Source: Isurus oxyrinchus
Lineage: Eukaryota
Assembly (NCBI GenBank): GCA_026770705.1
Contig: JANJGN010000009.1
Coordinates: forward strand, 163,680,001-163,744,000
Reading direction: 5' to 3'
DNA: 64,000 bases
Part shown: piece by piece, positions 1-11,207 of the stretch
Layout of the letters: each line of letters begins with the position of its first letter
Position numbering within the stretch: position 1 is the first letter of the stretch
Notes under the pieces: model-generated
Told to the model about the DNA's origin: nothing
What the model saw: only the letters and a program-made list of their open reading frames with translations
Databases searched by the model: none
Translations under genes and position numbers: made by a program

Positions 1-2820
1 GGCTCTTGGAACCCGGCCGTATCCTCTGTCCACGTTAGCGGGAAAGCACGCCGACGTGATTCACAACAGCACACAGGCAATTTGTACCTGGTGGCCTTGA
101 CTCTGGGGGAAATGGGGTGAGTGAGCAGCAGCGTTCTCCACAGCTTGCCTGTTGTTTACAGGCTTCAGGGATGCCTGACCCCGGATGTGACTGCTGAGAG
201 GGGGGTCTCCGGGGGGGGTAAGTGCTGGCCAGCCTTGAAATGCTGAGGGCAAGGTGTCTAGTGGCAAGTGCTGGCTGCCTTGGAGGTGGATACTGAGGGG
301 GAGATGTCCAGGGTCATGTGATGACCAACCTCAGAGGCGAATGGTGTCGGTGGCTCCATGCTCAGGACCATCTCAGATGCAGCCATTAAACTTAAGACAC
401 ATCTGGTGCTGTGTCCTCCTTCAGCACCTCAGCCCATTCAGGAGCTGGTGCGCAGTATCACTGGTCACAGATGCTGGTGTGATGGGGGTCAGTCCCACCT
501 TAAAGATGCTGAGAGCTCACAGAGAGAATGAGAGAACTCTGTGGGGCCTGCCCACTCCATTCTGGCAGCAATGCCCAGCTCCGCCGAGGTGCGGGCATCA
601 GTAATGTGTCCAGGGAGTGTGAGGCTGGACCATCACTGTTATCTGAAGGTTGCACAGAGCACAGGGAAAAGGCCCTGGACTCATACACCTGCCCTTTATC
701 TTGCACAGGAAGGTTTCACATCTGAGTGACAAGAACACTGCTCATCAGAACAAGGAGCCACAGGCAGGGTGACGTTCTTAGGAGTTTACTGACAATAGTG
801 AACAATATGTACATGTGACCAACACCCGTACCCAGGCTGTGCAACTACATTTCCCTAACTTTCCTAACCCTGCCACTACATCTTGCTGCTCCCCGGACAT
901 CCACAGCAGAGGTGGAGCTAACCTGCTGATTGTGACGCCCTGTCTGTGATGACACTGGTGGGCGTCCTCTGGAGGGCTGAGACTTGGTGGGCCCCGGCCT
1001 GCTTTCGGGGTCCTGCTGTGTGGTAGTGGCCCCCTCCTCGGCCTGGGGGGCTGGAGCTGCCGAGATCCTAGGAAGAGGGGAGTCGGGTTGGCCAGTCACT
1101 CCCAGAACCTCCTGAGTCGATGGCCCCGGAGTGTGTACCTGCTGCTCCTCCTCCCTATCGGTGTCTGAGTGCCCCAGGCTGACTCGGAGAGTGGAGGATG
1201 TAGCTGGAGTGAGATTGAGCTAATTGTAACCCCTCTCTCATACACACTGTTGGAGGCCAAATATAGCATCAGCGATGGAGTAAACCATGCACAGGAGTGA
1301 CGTCCTGGGCCAAGGTCTCCATGGCAGCTGCCATCCTGCCAGTGTTGACCTCAGTGTATTGCAGCACCGGAGTTATCACATCAGCCTGAAGATAGACAGA
1401 CCCCTCCATCATGCCTTGCAATCTGAGGAGTGCAGCGGGCATCCCTTCCTGATGTTCCCGAGCTTGCCTTTGCAATTCCAGTAACTGTGACATGACCGAG
1501 CCCAGAGGCTGTCATCTGACTCGGACTCAGCAACATTGTGGCCTCCAGCAGTCCTCTGAGGGGCAGGGGACCTGGGAAGTCCCTGCCTCCACCTGCTGTA
1601 GATCAAACAGTGCGATGTGCTCCCAGATTGTGATCCTCAGGCTACTCTAAAGCTAGGTCCCACTGAGGTGTGTGTCTCTGCGCTGGCAGAGGCTGTGGGT
1701 GAGCTCTGTGACAGAACTTCAGGGAGAGTGCCTTCCGATTCCTCTTCAGAGGTTTCTTCAGGAGACCCTGGGTCATGGACTCTGTCGGCTGCTTCCCAGA
1801 TGTGTCTGTGAAAGCAAGGGGAGATAATGAGTGCATGGCAGTGGCCTGTGATAAAGGACACATCACTCACAGCATGGTTATCTGATGGGTGTTGCACTGC
1901 TGGACCCTCACTTGATAGGGCAGTGCCAACCTTACCATCAGCACAGGACTGGCCCCGATCATTGCCGGTCAGCTGGATGGCTCTGCTTTCGAATTCTGTC
2001 AGAACTTTGATCTCCGGCATCCCTCCACCTGTCTCTGACCTTTCCCCCCTGTTGTGTGCCAGTTTGTCCTGTGTGGATATGGATGGGGACAGTGTGTCAG
2101 GATGCCTGCAGGGGACAGATGATAAGTATGCCTGGCCTGTGTGGGTGGGGAGTGGTCCCGTGGACAGGGTGAGAACAATGAAGGTGTATGTGAACAGGTG
2201 AATGGTGACGTCCCTTGCACTGGCAGTGAGTGAGGGCCCTGTAGATGTGTGATGGGTTTGTGAGTGTGTGAGTTGGGTTTGTGAAAAGAGTGACTTACCC
2301 TGGAGGAACGGAGGAGATCATTCATCCTTTTGCGGTACTGGGTGACTGTCCTCCTCTGCAGGACGTTCACACTGACCACCGCTGCCTCCACCTCCCAAGC
2401 CGGGTTGGGTACTTTGCTGCCCACCCTGCGGTCAGAGCGTGGGTTAGAGCACATGCCGGTGCCCCTCCACGGCATCCAGCAGTCGCTTGAGGGACCCATC
2501 AATGAAGCAGGGGTCTGCAGTCTTTTTTCCCTCTGTTGGCCATGTCTCCCAGGCAGGGGTGGTGAGCTGGTGGCGATGAGCGCTTTGATGGTAGCTGCCT
2601 TTTAAAGATGGTGGCCAGCGTGATGTAACAGCGGGGTGATGGTGCGTGGGCGAATGAGAGCCCGCTTGCCATGGAAACGGTGTGTTTCACGGGGGTGAAT
2701 AAATAATGAGCCGGGTTCGGGATGATATGGTGTGAAAACCCGTCATCTTCGTCGGCAGGTAGGACTCCATTTTACCCACCCGCTACCGCACTTAGTGCAA
2801 TTCTGGGAAAATTCTGCCCA
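1..2820 (-). mobile_element. Unit A copy of the Harbinger-like element (left end outside the window)
   Basis: Colinear with 37587-40393; ends in ggaaaattctgccc-a-cag at 2806-2823. Confidence 0.75.
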
Positions 2821-3506
2821 CAGATACAGACACCACTAAAACTCTCATTTAAAATAATTTCCAATAACATTATAAACATTAATATAATGCTTCACACTTC
2901 AATAATATGTGTAACATGGGATGGAACCTTTATAACTGTAGAATGGGAGACCCACAGGTATAATAAAGAAGGTGTTTTCCTTTTAGAAACCTGATATGAT
3001 CTTAATGTTATTATGTTATGATTTTTATCCATATTTTAGCAAATACAATCTACACTTGTGAGGAATTCCCTGTTTCCTAATGACCACAAGCGCAGTTTCA
3101 AGCACGAAGCCTGATTCCCTGTTTGACCACCTCCTCTCTTGCCCCCTCCATTGTCTCTGTGCTGTCAGACTGCCTGTCCAGCTTCTTGTCCAACAGCCAG
3201 TCCCAGATTACAACTGAACATTGTGAAGACTGAAGCCACTGTCTTTGTCCCCACTACAAACACTTTTCCTTATAGCCACTGATTGTATCCACCTCCCTGT
3301 CCAATTGAGTTTTCATCCAATGTTGTTCTTACCTACAAATTCGACTGTTCCAATACCATCCGAGTTGACCTTACATCTTCCACCCTGAACCAACTTAAGC
3401 TCATCAAAACCTTTGCTGCCAGTTTAACGATGAGTAAGGCTCTATATCAATGCAAGTTATTGTTCTTGTGCTCCACACTTCCCAGTAGGAAATAACATGT
3501 TGGACC

Positions 3507-3962
3507 AGAAAGTGCAGGAGAGGTTTAGAGGAATGGTTCCAAGAAGAAGCAACTTCAGTTACGAAGATAAATTGGAGAGATTGGGACTGTTCTCCTTGGG
3601 GAGGAGAAGGCTAAGAGGAGATTTAATCGAGGTGTTCAGAATCATGACGGGGCTGGATAGAGTAGAGAGGGAGAAACTGTTCCCGCTCGTAAAAGTGTCA
3701 AGAACAAGAGTGCACAGATTTAAAGAGATTTGCAACAGAAGCAACTGTGATGTGAGAAATGAACTTTTCCACATGAGTAGCTCGAGTTTGGAAAGCGCTG
3801 CCTAGAAGTGTGGTGGATACAAGTTTAATTGAGTCTTTCAACGCAGCATTAGATTATTATTTGAAAAAAACAATGTGCAAGGATACAGGGAAAAATCAGG
3901 AGAATGGCACAAAGTCATATTGCTCATTTGGAGAGCCGGTGCACACACGATCGGCCAGGTGG
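3507..3962 (+). mobile_element. CR1 3' fragment (copy at about 41079-41530)
   Basis: SYEDKLERLGLFSLGRRRLRGDLIEVFRIM. Confidence 0.85.
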
Positions 3963-4382
3963 TCTCTACTGGATTCTACTGGACTCATCAGAAATCCAGT
4001 AGGGATTCCAGTTGCTTCAGCTAAATTGAGCTGGAACCACAGCACCTGTTCCCAATTGGACTAGGAGTCAGAGAGGGACAATGCAAGAACTGGGGCATAA
4101 ACTCTCATTCAGTGGGTGGTGCAGTCTGAGGAGGACCTGAGAAGGCTTCGAGAGAAAGGTGGGAAAGTGGGAGAAAGGGAGACAGAGACAGAAGCATCCT
4201 TACATTGTCCCCAGAGTTGGTCACTCTGGCAGAATCAGCATCAGCCTCAGGGAAGGAGGCAACTGTGGAGGAGATGGCAGTGGCGGAGGTGGAGGTGGCA
4301 GATACGGTACATGGCAGAGGAGGTGGCGATAGCAGCGGAACTGAAGGTTGCAGTGAAGTCGGCAACAATAGTGGAGAAGGAT

Positions 4383-5030
4383 GAGGTGGAGGCAGTGACT
4401 GAGGAGGCTGAGGTGGAGGCAGTGACTGAGGAGGTTGTTGGAGGCTGAGGTGGAGGCAGAGAGTGAGGAGGCTGAGGTGGAGGTGGTGGCTGAGGAGGCT
4501 GAAGTGGAGGCAGTGACTGAGGAGGCTGAGGTGGAGGCAGTGACTGAGGAGGCTGAGGAAGAGGCAGTGACTGAGGAGGCTGAGGTGGAGGCAGTGACTG
4601 AGGAGGCTGAGGTGGAGGCAGTGACTGAGGAGGCTGAGGTGGAGGCAGTGACTGAGGAGGCTGAGGTGGAGGTGGTGAATGAGGAGGCTGAGGTGGAGGT
4701 GGTGGTTGAGGAGGCTGAGGTGGAGGCAGTGACTGAGAAGGTTGAGGTGGAGGCAGTGACTGAGGAGGCTGTGGTGGAGGTGGTGGTTGAGGAGGCTGAG
4801 GTGGAGGCAGTGACTGAGGAGGCTGATGTGGAAATGGTGACTGAGGAGGCTGAGGTGGAGCCAGTGACTGAGGAGGCTGAGGTGGAGGCAGTGACTGAGG
4901 AGGCTGAGGTGGAGGCAGTGACTGAGGAGGCTGAGGTGGAGGCAGTGGCTGAGGAGGCTGAGGTGGAGGTGGTGCCTGAGGAGGTTGAGGTGGAGGCAGT
5001 GACTGAGGAGGCTGAGGTGGAGGTGGTTGC
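4383..5030. repeat. 27-bp minisatellite (gaggaggctgaggtggaggcagtgact), about 24 units
   Basis: Directly visible; explains the EEAEVEAVT, VTASTSASS and QSLPPPQPP ORFs. Confidence 0.95.
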
Positions 5031-5954
5031 CGAGGCGATGGAGGTAGTGAATGTGGGGGTGGAGGAGGAGACATCAGCAGCGGCAGCAGCAGAGACAGTG
5101 ACTGAGGCTGAGGAGGGGGAGGCAGCGGCTGTGACAGTGACAGAGGGAGAAGCAGCGAAGGCGGCAGCAGCAAAGGCTGAGGCCACAGTGAGGGAGGCTG
5201 TGGAGAGGGAGCTGGAGGTGGGGCAGACGCAGCGAGGAGACGGTACGAGACCAGGAGCAGCAACAAAACCTGCCTTGTGGTTGTGAGGCTCAGGGCAATG
5301 GCGACTGTGAGTTGATATCTTCCATGTGCCATGTGTGTGTCTCCGAGTCAGCGCACCGGACCACACTGCTTCTGCCCGATTAGGGCGCTTCAGTGGAGTC
5401 CGACACCAGTCCAGTGCCACCCAGCTCCCATTCCCGAGGACAGGTGATGGAACCTGCCCAGTGCCAGGATGAGCTGCTTGGTAAGATCGGGAGGTGGGAA
5501 GTAGAGAAGGCAGCCGACCAGGAAAAGCTGGAGGATATCTCCAGGATTACTGACTGTCTCCAAGAAGAAACTCTTGTAGCCTTCAGGCAGGGTATATATA
5601 TGTTTATATAGCTGCAATTTAAAGTTACCTGCCACATCCCTTTTAACACTTTCTAATGCAGCATCGCTCTGATCAGAATCAGATTTATTGGGGTTGTGCA
5701 AATGTCTCCCCAGCCTCTGATATAACAATAAAAAGCTGCTTTTTCCTTTCCAGTTGCAGTAAGAGGACTGTCCCAGCCTCTCAATGTGACAGGGCAGCCC
5801 AGGACTATGTCTCTCAGTGCAACACCCAGGAACACACACAGTGCAGCCCCCACATTGATTGTTCCAGTTGTGCGGGGAAAGCGTGCATGTGGAGTAAGTG
5901 TACAATTGGGAAGATATTGATTCTCACAACATTTCCACGGCTTTAAATCAAATT

Positions 5955-6058
5955 GAGTTCTGTTGAAGGGTCATGAGGACTCGAAACTTCAACTTTGCTC
6001 TTCTCCGCCGATGCTGACAGACCTGCTGAGTTTTTCCACTTATTTCTGTTTTTGTTTT
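5955..6058 (+). mobile_element. Older Penelope 3'-end fragment (copy at 43738-43841)
   Basis: gttctgttgaagggtcatgaggactcgaaac...ctgctgagtttttcc is a diverged match to the reverse complement of 10717-10816. Present in both units. Confidence 0.8.
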
Positions 6059-6111
6059 ATTCTGAATGTTTTGTCTGGAGTCAATTACAAGCAGCGTAGA
6101 CAATGTCTGTG

Positions 6112-6354
6112 ATAAAAACAAAGAGAACTGCGGATGCTGGAAATGCAAAACAAAAACAGAATTACCTGGAAAAACTCAGCAGGTCTGGCAGCATCGGCGG
6201 AGAAGAAAAGAGTTGACGTTTCGAGTCTTCATGACCCTTCGACAGAACTGGACTGTCGAAGTCGAAGGGTCATGAAGACTCGAAACGTCAACTCTTTTCT
6301 TCTCCGCCGATGCTGCCAGACCTGCTGAGTTTTTCCAGGTAATTCTGTTTTTGT
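6112..6354. mobile_element. Fold-back mini-Penelope: two inverted 3' ends, 15-bp TSD, unit A only
   Basis: Perfect inverted arms 6149-6242 and 6262-6355. TSD tagacaatgtctgtg at 6097-6111 and 6355-6369; empty site at 43881-43895. The arms match the Penelope end at 10717-10810. Confidence 0.92.
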
Positions 6355-6497
6355 TAGACAATGTCTGTGTTTTAATTGTGTGTGGCTGTCCTCGTTTTTC
6401 ACAATAAAATTTGCCAGGCTTTTACTCAACTTTTATTCTGAGTGTTTTTTCTGAGTTTATGGAGATATAACCTCATATTCTGCTGAAATGCACTTTA

Positions 6498-6830
6498 NNN
6501 NNNNNNNNNNNNNNNNNNNNNNNNNNNNNNNNNNNNNNNNNNNNNNNNNNNNNNNNNNNNNNNNNNNNNNNNNNNNNNNNNNNNNNNNNNNNNNNNNNNN
6601 NNNNNNNNNNNNNNNNNNNNNNNNNNNNNNNNNNNNNNNNNNNNNNNNNNNNNNNNNNNNNNNNNNNNNNNNNNNNNNNNNNNNNNNNNNNNNNNNNNNN
6701 NNNNNNNNNNNNNNNNNNNNNNNNNNNNNNNNNNNNNNNNNNNNNNNNNNNNNNNNNNNNNNNNNNNNNNNNNNNNNNNNNNNNNNNNNNNNNNNNNNNN
6801 NNNNNNNNNNNNNNNNNNNNNNNNNNNNNN
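6498..6830. other. N run (333 nt)
   Basis: Undetermined bases. Confidence 0.99.
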
Positions 6831-6996
6831 CCCACACACACAAACAAACACAGTCAAACATATGCACACACACAAATATCCTCAATAACCCCACAAACAC
6901 CGATACGCACAGACAGCAATATCGTCCATCACCCCACACACACACACAGAAACCTAAGCACACACAGTAATATCCTCAATCACCCCCACACATACA

Positions 6997-7030
<34 letters not shown>

Positions 7031-7449
7031 AACCTAAGCACACACAGTAATATCCTCAATCACCCCCACACACACACACACATACACACACACACACAAA
7101 CCTAAGCACACACAATAATATCCTCAATCACCCCCCCCACACACACACATACACACACACACACACAAACCTAAGCACACACAGTAATATCCTCAATCAC
7201 CCACACACACACACACACACATACACACACACATACACACACACACACACAAACATAAGCACACATAGTAATATCCTCAATCACCCCCACACACACACAC
7301 ACATTCACACACACACACACATACACACACACACACACAAACCTAAGCACACACAGTAATATCCTCAATCACCCCCACACACACACACATACACACACAC
7401 ACACACACAAACATAAGCACACACAGTAATATCCTCAATTACCACCCAC

Positions 7450-7490
<41 letters not shown>

Positions 7491-7550
7491 GCACACACAA
7501 ACATAAGCACACACACTAATATCCTCAATCACATACACACACACACAAAC
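6831..7550. repeat. Compound minisatellite aaac(c/a)taagcacacacagtaatatcctcaatcaccc+(CA)n
   Basis: About 10 units of 50-80 bp with a variable CA tract. Confidence 0.93.
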
Positions 7551-9498
7551 ATGGGAATGCGTGATTCAGTTCATTGTTGACATTCTTGATCCTCATTTGG
7601 CCCTGCAATATATCAGTGCACCAGCAATAAACACCAACAGATAAATGGGAAAAGTAACCAGTTTGGACCAGTACTACTTACATCACCAGTATTTCTGGCT
7701 GTTCCTACTGGGCGACCGGTAATAACGGTGATATTGACAGTTTTACTGGTCCTACCTAGTTCAGAACTGGTCTTCATTTACCAGTTTGGAATTGGGATCT
7801 ACTGGTGTCAGTATTACAGGGACTTCCTTCTGGGAATGACAATAAATGAATGTGCTTCTCAACTCACTGCATTGTCAACCTGAGGTCCATTGCTTTAGAC
7901 ATGTAAGAGTGAAGACTTTACCCATGTGGAACAGATTGCCTTTAGAGGCCTGAGTTTCTTTCCGGTTCCAATGGTTGAAAACTTTTTGTTGTGTACAGAA
8001 TGGTGAGGGTGGATGTTCAATCCCAAATGAACATAGTTCAGTTTCAGTGCAATTCATTAACTCCACAACTAATTTAACAATTGATGACCAACGTAAATAG
8101 AGTTAAACTCTGAAAAAAATGTTTTCAAAGCTGTTGCACCTTGTCATGTAGATGGTGGCTTGAAACCACAAGAAAAATGTGCTGCTATTGTTAGGATTGA
8201 GGTGTGACAGAAAGCTGTGAATGTACAACAGGTGTTAGTCACAAAATGAAGGGTTGTGTTTGCAAATGCGAGAAGAAGAAGAATTGCATTGTTACAGGGC
8301 AAACACGTTGGCAGTAAGTGTTTGAAGGTTAAGCAGCTTCAGCTCAGAACAGACACTGCGACGCATCAGGGAGAAGGAAAGTTACCTGGATTCTTTGTGC
8401 CAGGAGGCAATCACAGCTCTTAGGACAGGGTGAGTGTGACTGCGAGTGCGGCAGGTAAAGGGACCCAGAGGGCAGGAGCGCAGGAGCCTCAGCCTTTACA
8501 ATTGTTCTACAGGTCTGAACTTTTCTCAGCTTGTTTGGACAAGAGCAGCGGGTGAGCAGGGGGGATGAGCGAACTGACCTTGGCACCATGGCACAGGAAG
8601 CCATCCAAGTGGGGGGAGCAAACAGGAATGTAGCGGGAGTGAGGGATAGTATAGTCAGAGGGATTGACACCGTTCTCTGCAGCAAACAGCGTGAGTCCAC
8701 ACGAACATGTTGCCTGCCCGGTGCCAGGGTGTGGGACGTCGGCTCGGGGCTGGGGAGGAACTTGCATTGGGAGGGGGAGCACCCAGTCATCATGGTCCAT
8801 GTAAGCACCAACGACATAGGCAGCACAGAGAAGGAGATTCTGCACAATCAGTGTGAGGAACGAGGCACCAGATTAAGAAGCAGAACCTCAAAGGTCATAA
8901 CCGATGGATTATTACCTGAGCCATGTGCAAATTGCCACAGGACAAATCAGACTCAGGAGGTGAATGTGGCTCAAAGGCTGGTGTGGAAGAAGTGGGTTCT
9001 GGTTTGTAGGGCACAACAACCAGTACTGGGGAAAGTGGGATCTGTACCATTGGGATGGTCTACACCTGAACCGTGCTGGGACCAGTGTTCTTGCAAGCCA
9101 CATAACTAGGGATGTAAAGAGGTTTTTAAACTAAATAGTGGACAACAGATCATATTCGGGATAATGTTGTAATTCAATGAGCAGAGACAAGTCAAAAGAT
9201 AAAGGTATTATTAGGAAAAATGAAAACCAGACACTGACAAGGGGGTATAGTGAGAACAAATCTAACAGTAAATCAACAGATAGCCTAGCTGAGGAGTACA
9301 TTGAATGTTTTCAAGATAGTTTCTGAGAACGGCATGTACTGGATTCAACCAGACAGCAGGCTATACTAGACCTGCTATTGTGCAATGAGATGGGAGGAAT
9401 TAACGATCTCACCATGAAGATACCCCTAGGAAATAGTGACCATAATAGGATGAATTTTACATTCAGTTTGTAGGAGAGAGGAGTGGGTCTGAGTCTAA

Positions 9499-9624
9499 GG
9501 CGGGGATTTTTGGGCCCTGCTGCTGGTGGGACTCGCTGTGGGGGAGGCAGTTCCCCAGTCAGAAGCCCCACTGACTTGCGACAGGACAGGAAGGGCCGGC
9601 GAGCGGGTGTGGAAAATCCCATTG
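9499..9624. mobile_element. 126-bp Harbinger/Tourist-type MITE inside the CR1 (copy at 47297-47422)
   Basis: gggatttt...aaaatccc inverted ends flanked by TAA on both sides; GC-rich island in the CR1 frame. Confidence 0.55.
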
Positions 9625-10778
9625 TAAGTTTTTAAACTTTATTAAGTGCAATTATAAGGACATGAAAGCTGGGATGGCTAAAGTGAATTGGCAAAATAGG
9701 TTAAGGGACAGGTCAATCGAGATGCAATGGCTCATATTTAAGGGGATATTTCAGAATGCACATTCCAACGAGTAAGAAAAAGTCTAAGTGACGGACACAC
9801 CATCCGTGGTTAACTTGAATGTTTAAACATAGTATCAAACTCAAAGGAAAAGTATATAATTCTGCAAAGACAGGTGGCAGGTCAGAAGATTGGACAGAAT
9901 AAAAGGAACAGAAAAGAATGACTAACAGACTAATAAGAAGGGAAAATTTAGTTTATGAGAGAATATAACAGGAATATAACAACAGATAGGAAGAGTCTTT
10001 ATAAGCACGTAAAAAAGAAAAGAGTGAACAAAGTGTGTGCTGGTCCTATAGAAGGTGAGCCTGGAGAATTGATAATGGAAAACAAGGAGATGGCAGATGA
10101 ATTGAACAGGCATTTTGCACCAGTCATATTGAAAATGTTAGAAGCTATTATTAAAGAAATTATAGCAGGACACTTGGATAAGGTCATGGTCATCAGGCAG
10201 AATCAACATGGTTTTGTGAAAGGGAAATCTGTTTATCCAGTTTTTTGGAGTTCTTTGAGGAAGTAACATGTGCTGTGGAGAAAGGGGATCTGGTGGATGT
10301 ACTGTACTGAGGTTTATAGAAGGCGTTTCATAAGTTATTGTGGAAAATAAAAGCTCATGGTATAGGGGGTCACATACTGGTATGGATAGAAAATTGTCTG
10401 GCTAACAAGAAACAGAGAGTAGGCATGAATGAGCCTTTGTTAGTTTGGCAAGATATAAGAGTGTTGTGGCACAGGGATCATTGCTGGGACCTCAACAGTT
10501 TGCACTTAATATCAACGACTTGGATGAAGGGTTTGAAGGGATGGTTTCTGAATTTGCTGATGACACAAAGATAGGTAGAAAGTAACTTGTGAGGGGGACA
10601 TAAGGAGGCTACAAAGAGATATAGATAGGTTTAGACAGTGGGCACTGATCTGGAAAATGGAGTATAATGTGGGAAAATGTAAAATTGTCCATTTTGGCAG
10701 GAAGAGTAAAAGAGAAAACAAAAACAGAATTACCTGGAAAAACTCAGCAGGTCTGGCAGCATCGGCGGAGAAGAAAAG

Positions 10779-10817
10779 AGTTGACGTTTCGAGTCCTCAT
10801 GACCCTTCGACAGAACT
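10779..10817 (-). ncRNA. Minimal type I hammerhead-ribozyme-like motif in the Penelope 3' end
   Basis: Minus strand agtt-CTGTCGA-a-gggtc-atgag-gactc-GAAA-c-GTC-aact: stem I agtt/aact, stem II gggtc/gactc, ACGT palindrome at stem III, GUC triplet. The core has U instead of A at position 6. Confidence 0.6.
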
Positions 10818-11207
10818 TGATTTCGAGTCCAAGAAAGAGTTGAAATATAAACTGATTTAAGGTGTGTGTGTGGGGGGCGGAGAGATAGAGAGAGAGAGAG
10901 GTGGCTGTGTAGACAAACAAGCAGTGATAGAAGCAGATCATCAAAAGATGTCAGCGACAATGGTACAATAGAACACATAGGTGTTAAAGTTAAAGTTGGT
11001 GATATTATCTAAACGAATGTGCTAATTAAGAATGGAAGGTAGGGCACTCAAGGTACAGCTCTAGTGGGGGTGGGGGGAGCATAAAAGATTTTAAAATATT
11101 TAAAAATAATGGAAATAGGTGGGAAAAGAAAAATCTATATAATTTATAGGGAAAAAAAAGGGGGAAAAAGGGGGAAACAGAAAGGGGGTGGGGATGGGGG
11201 AAGGAGC

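Larger units (their letters stand above)
3481..7834. mobile_element. Possible CACTA/EnSpm-like element (copy at 41053-45271) enclosing the VNTRs
   Basis: cccagtaggaa and ttccttctggg inverted ends (10/11), with clusters of ccagt/actgg subterminal repeats at 3965-4060 and 7655-7815. No clear TSD. Confidence 0.4.

Noticed and set aside
61-2690. Many short overlapping ORFs
   Set aside because: They are by-products of GC-rich decayed transposon DNA; only the minus-strand Myb-like fragments carry recognisable motifs.
4221-5420. Long mucin-like and Pro/Gln-rich minus-strand ORFs (also 41673-43115 and 41786-43048) as real genes
   Set aside because: They follow from a 27-bp unit lacking stops in those frames. 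There is no signal peptide or exon context, and the flanking frames differ between units.
6457-6970. ORFs spanning the N runs
   Set aside because: Artefacts of undetermined bases.
6831-7550. Constant motif with variable spacers resembling a CRISPR array
   Set aside because: The spacers are only (CA)n tracts, the context is eukaryotic, and there are no cas genes.
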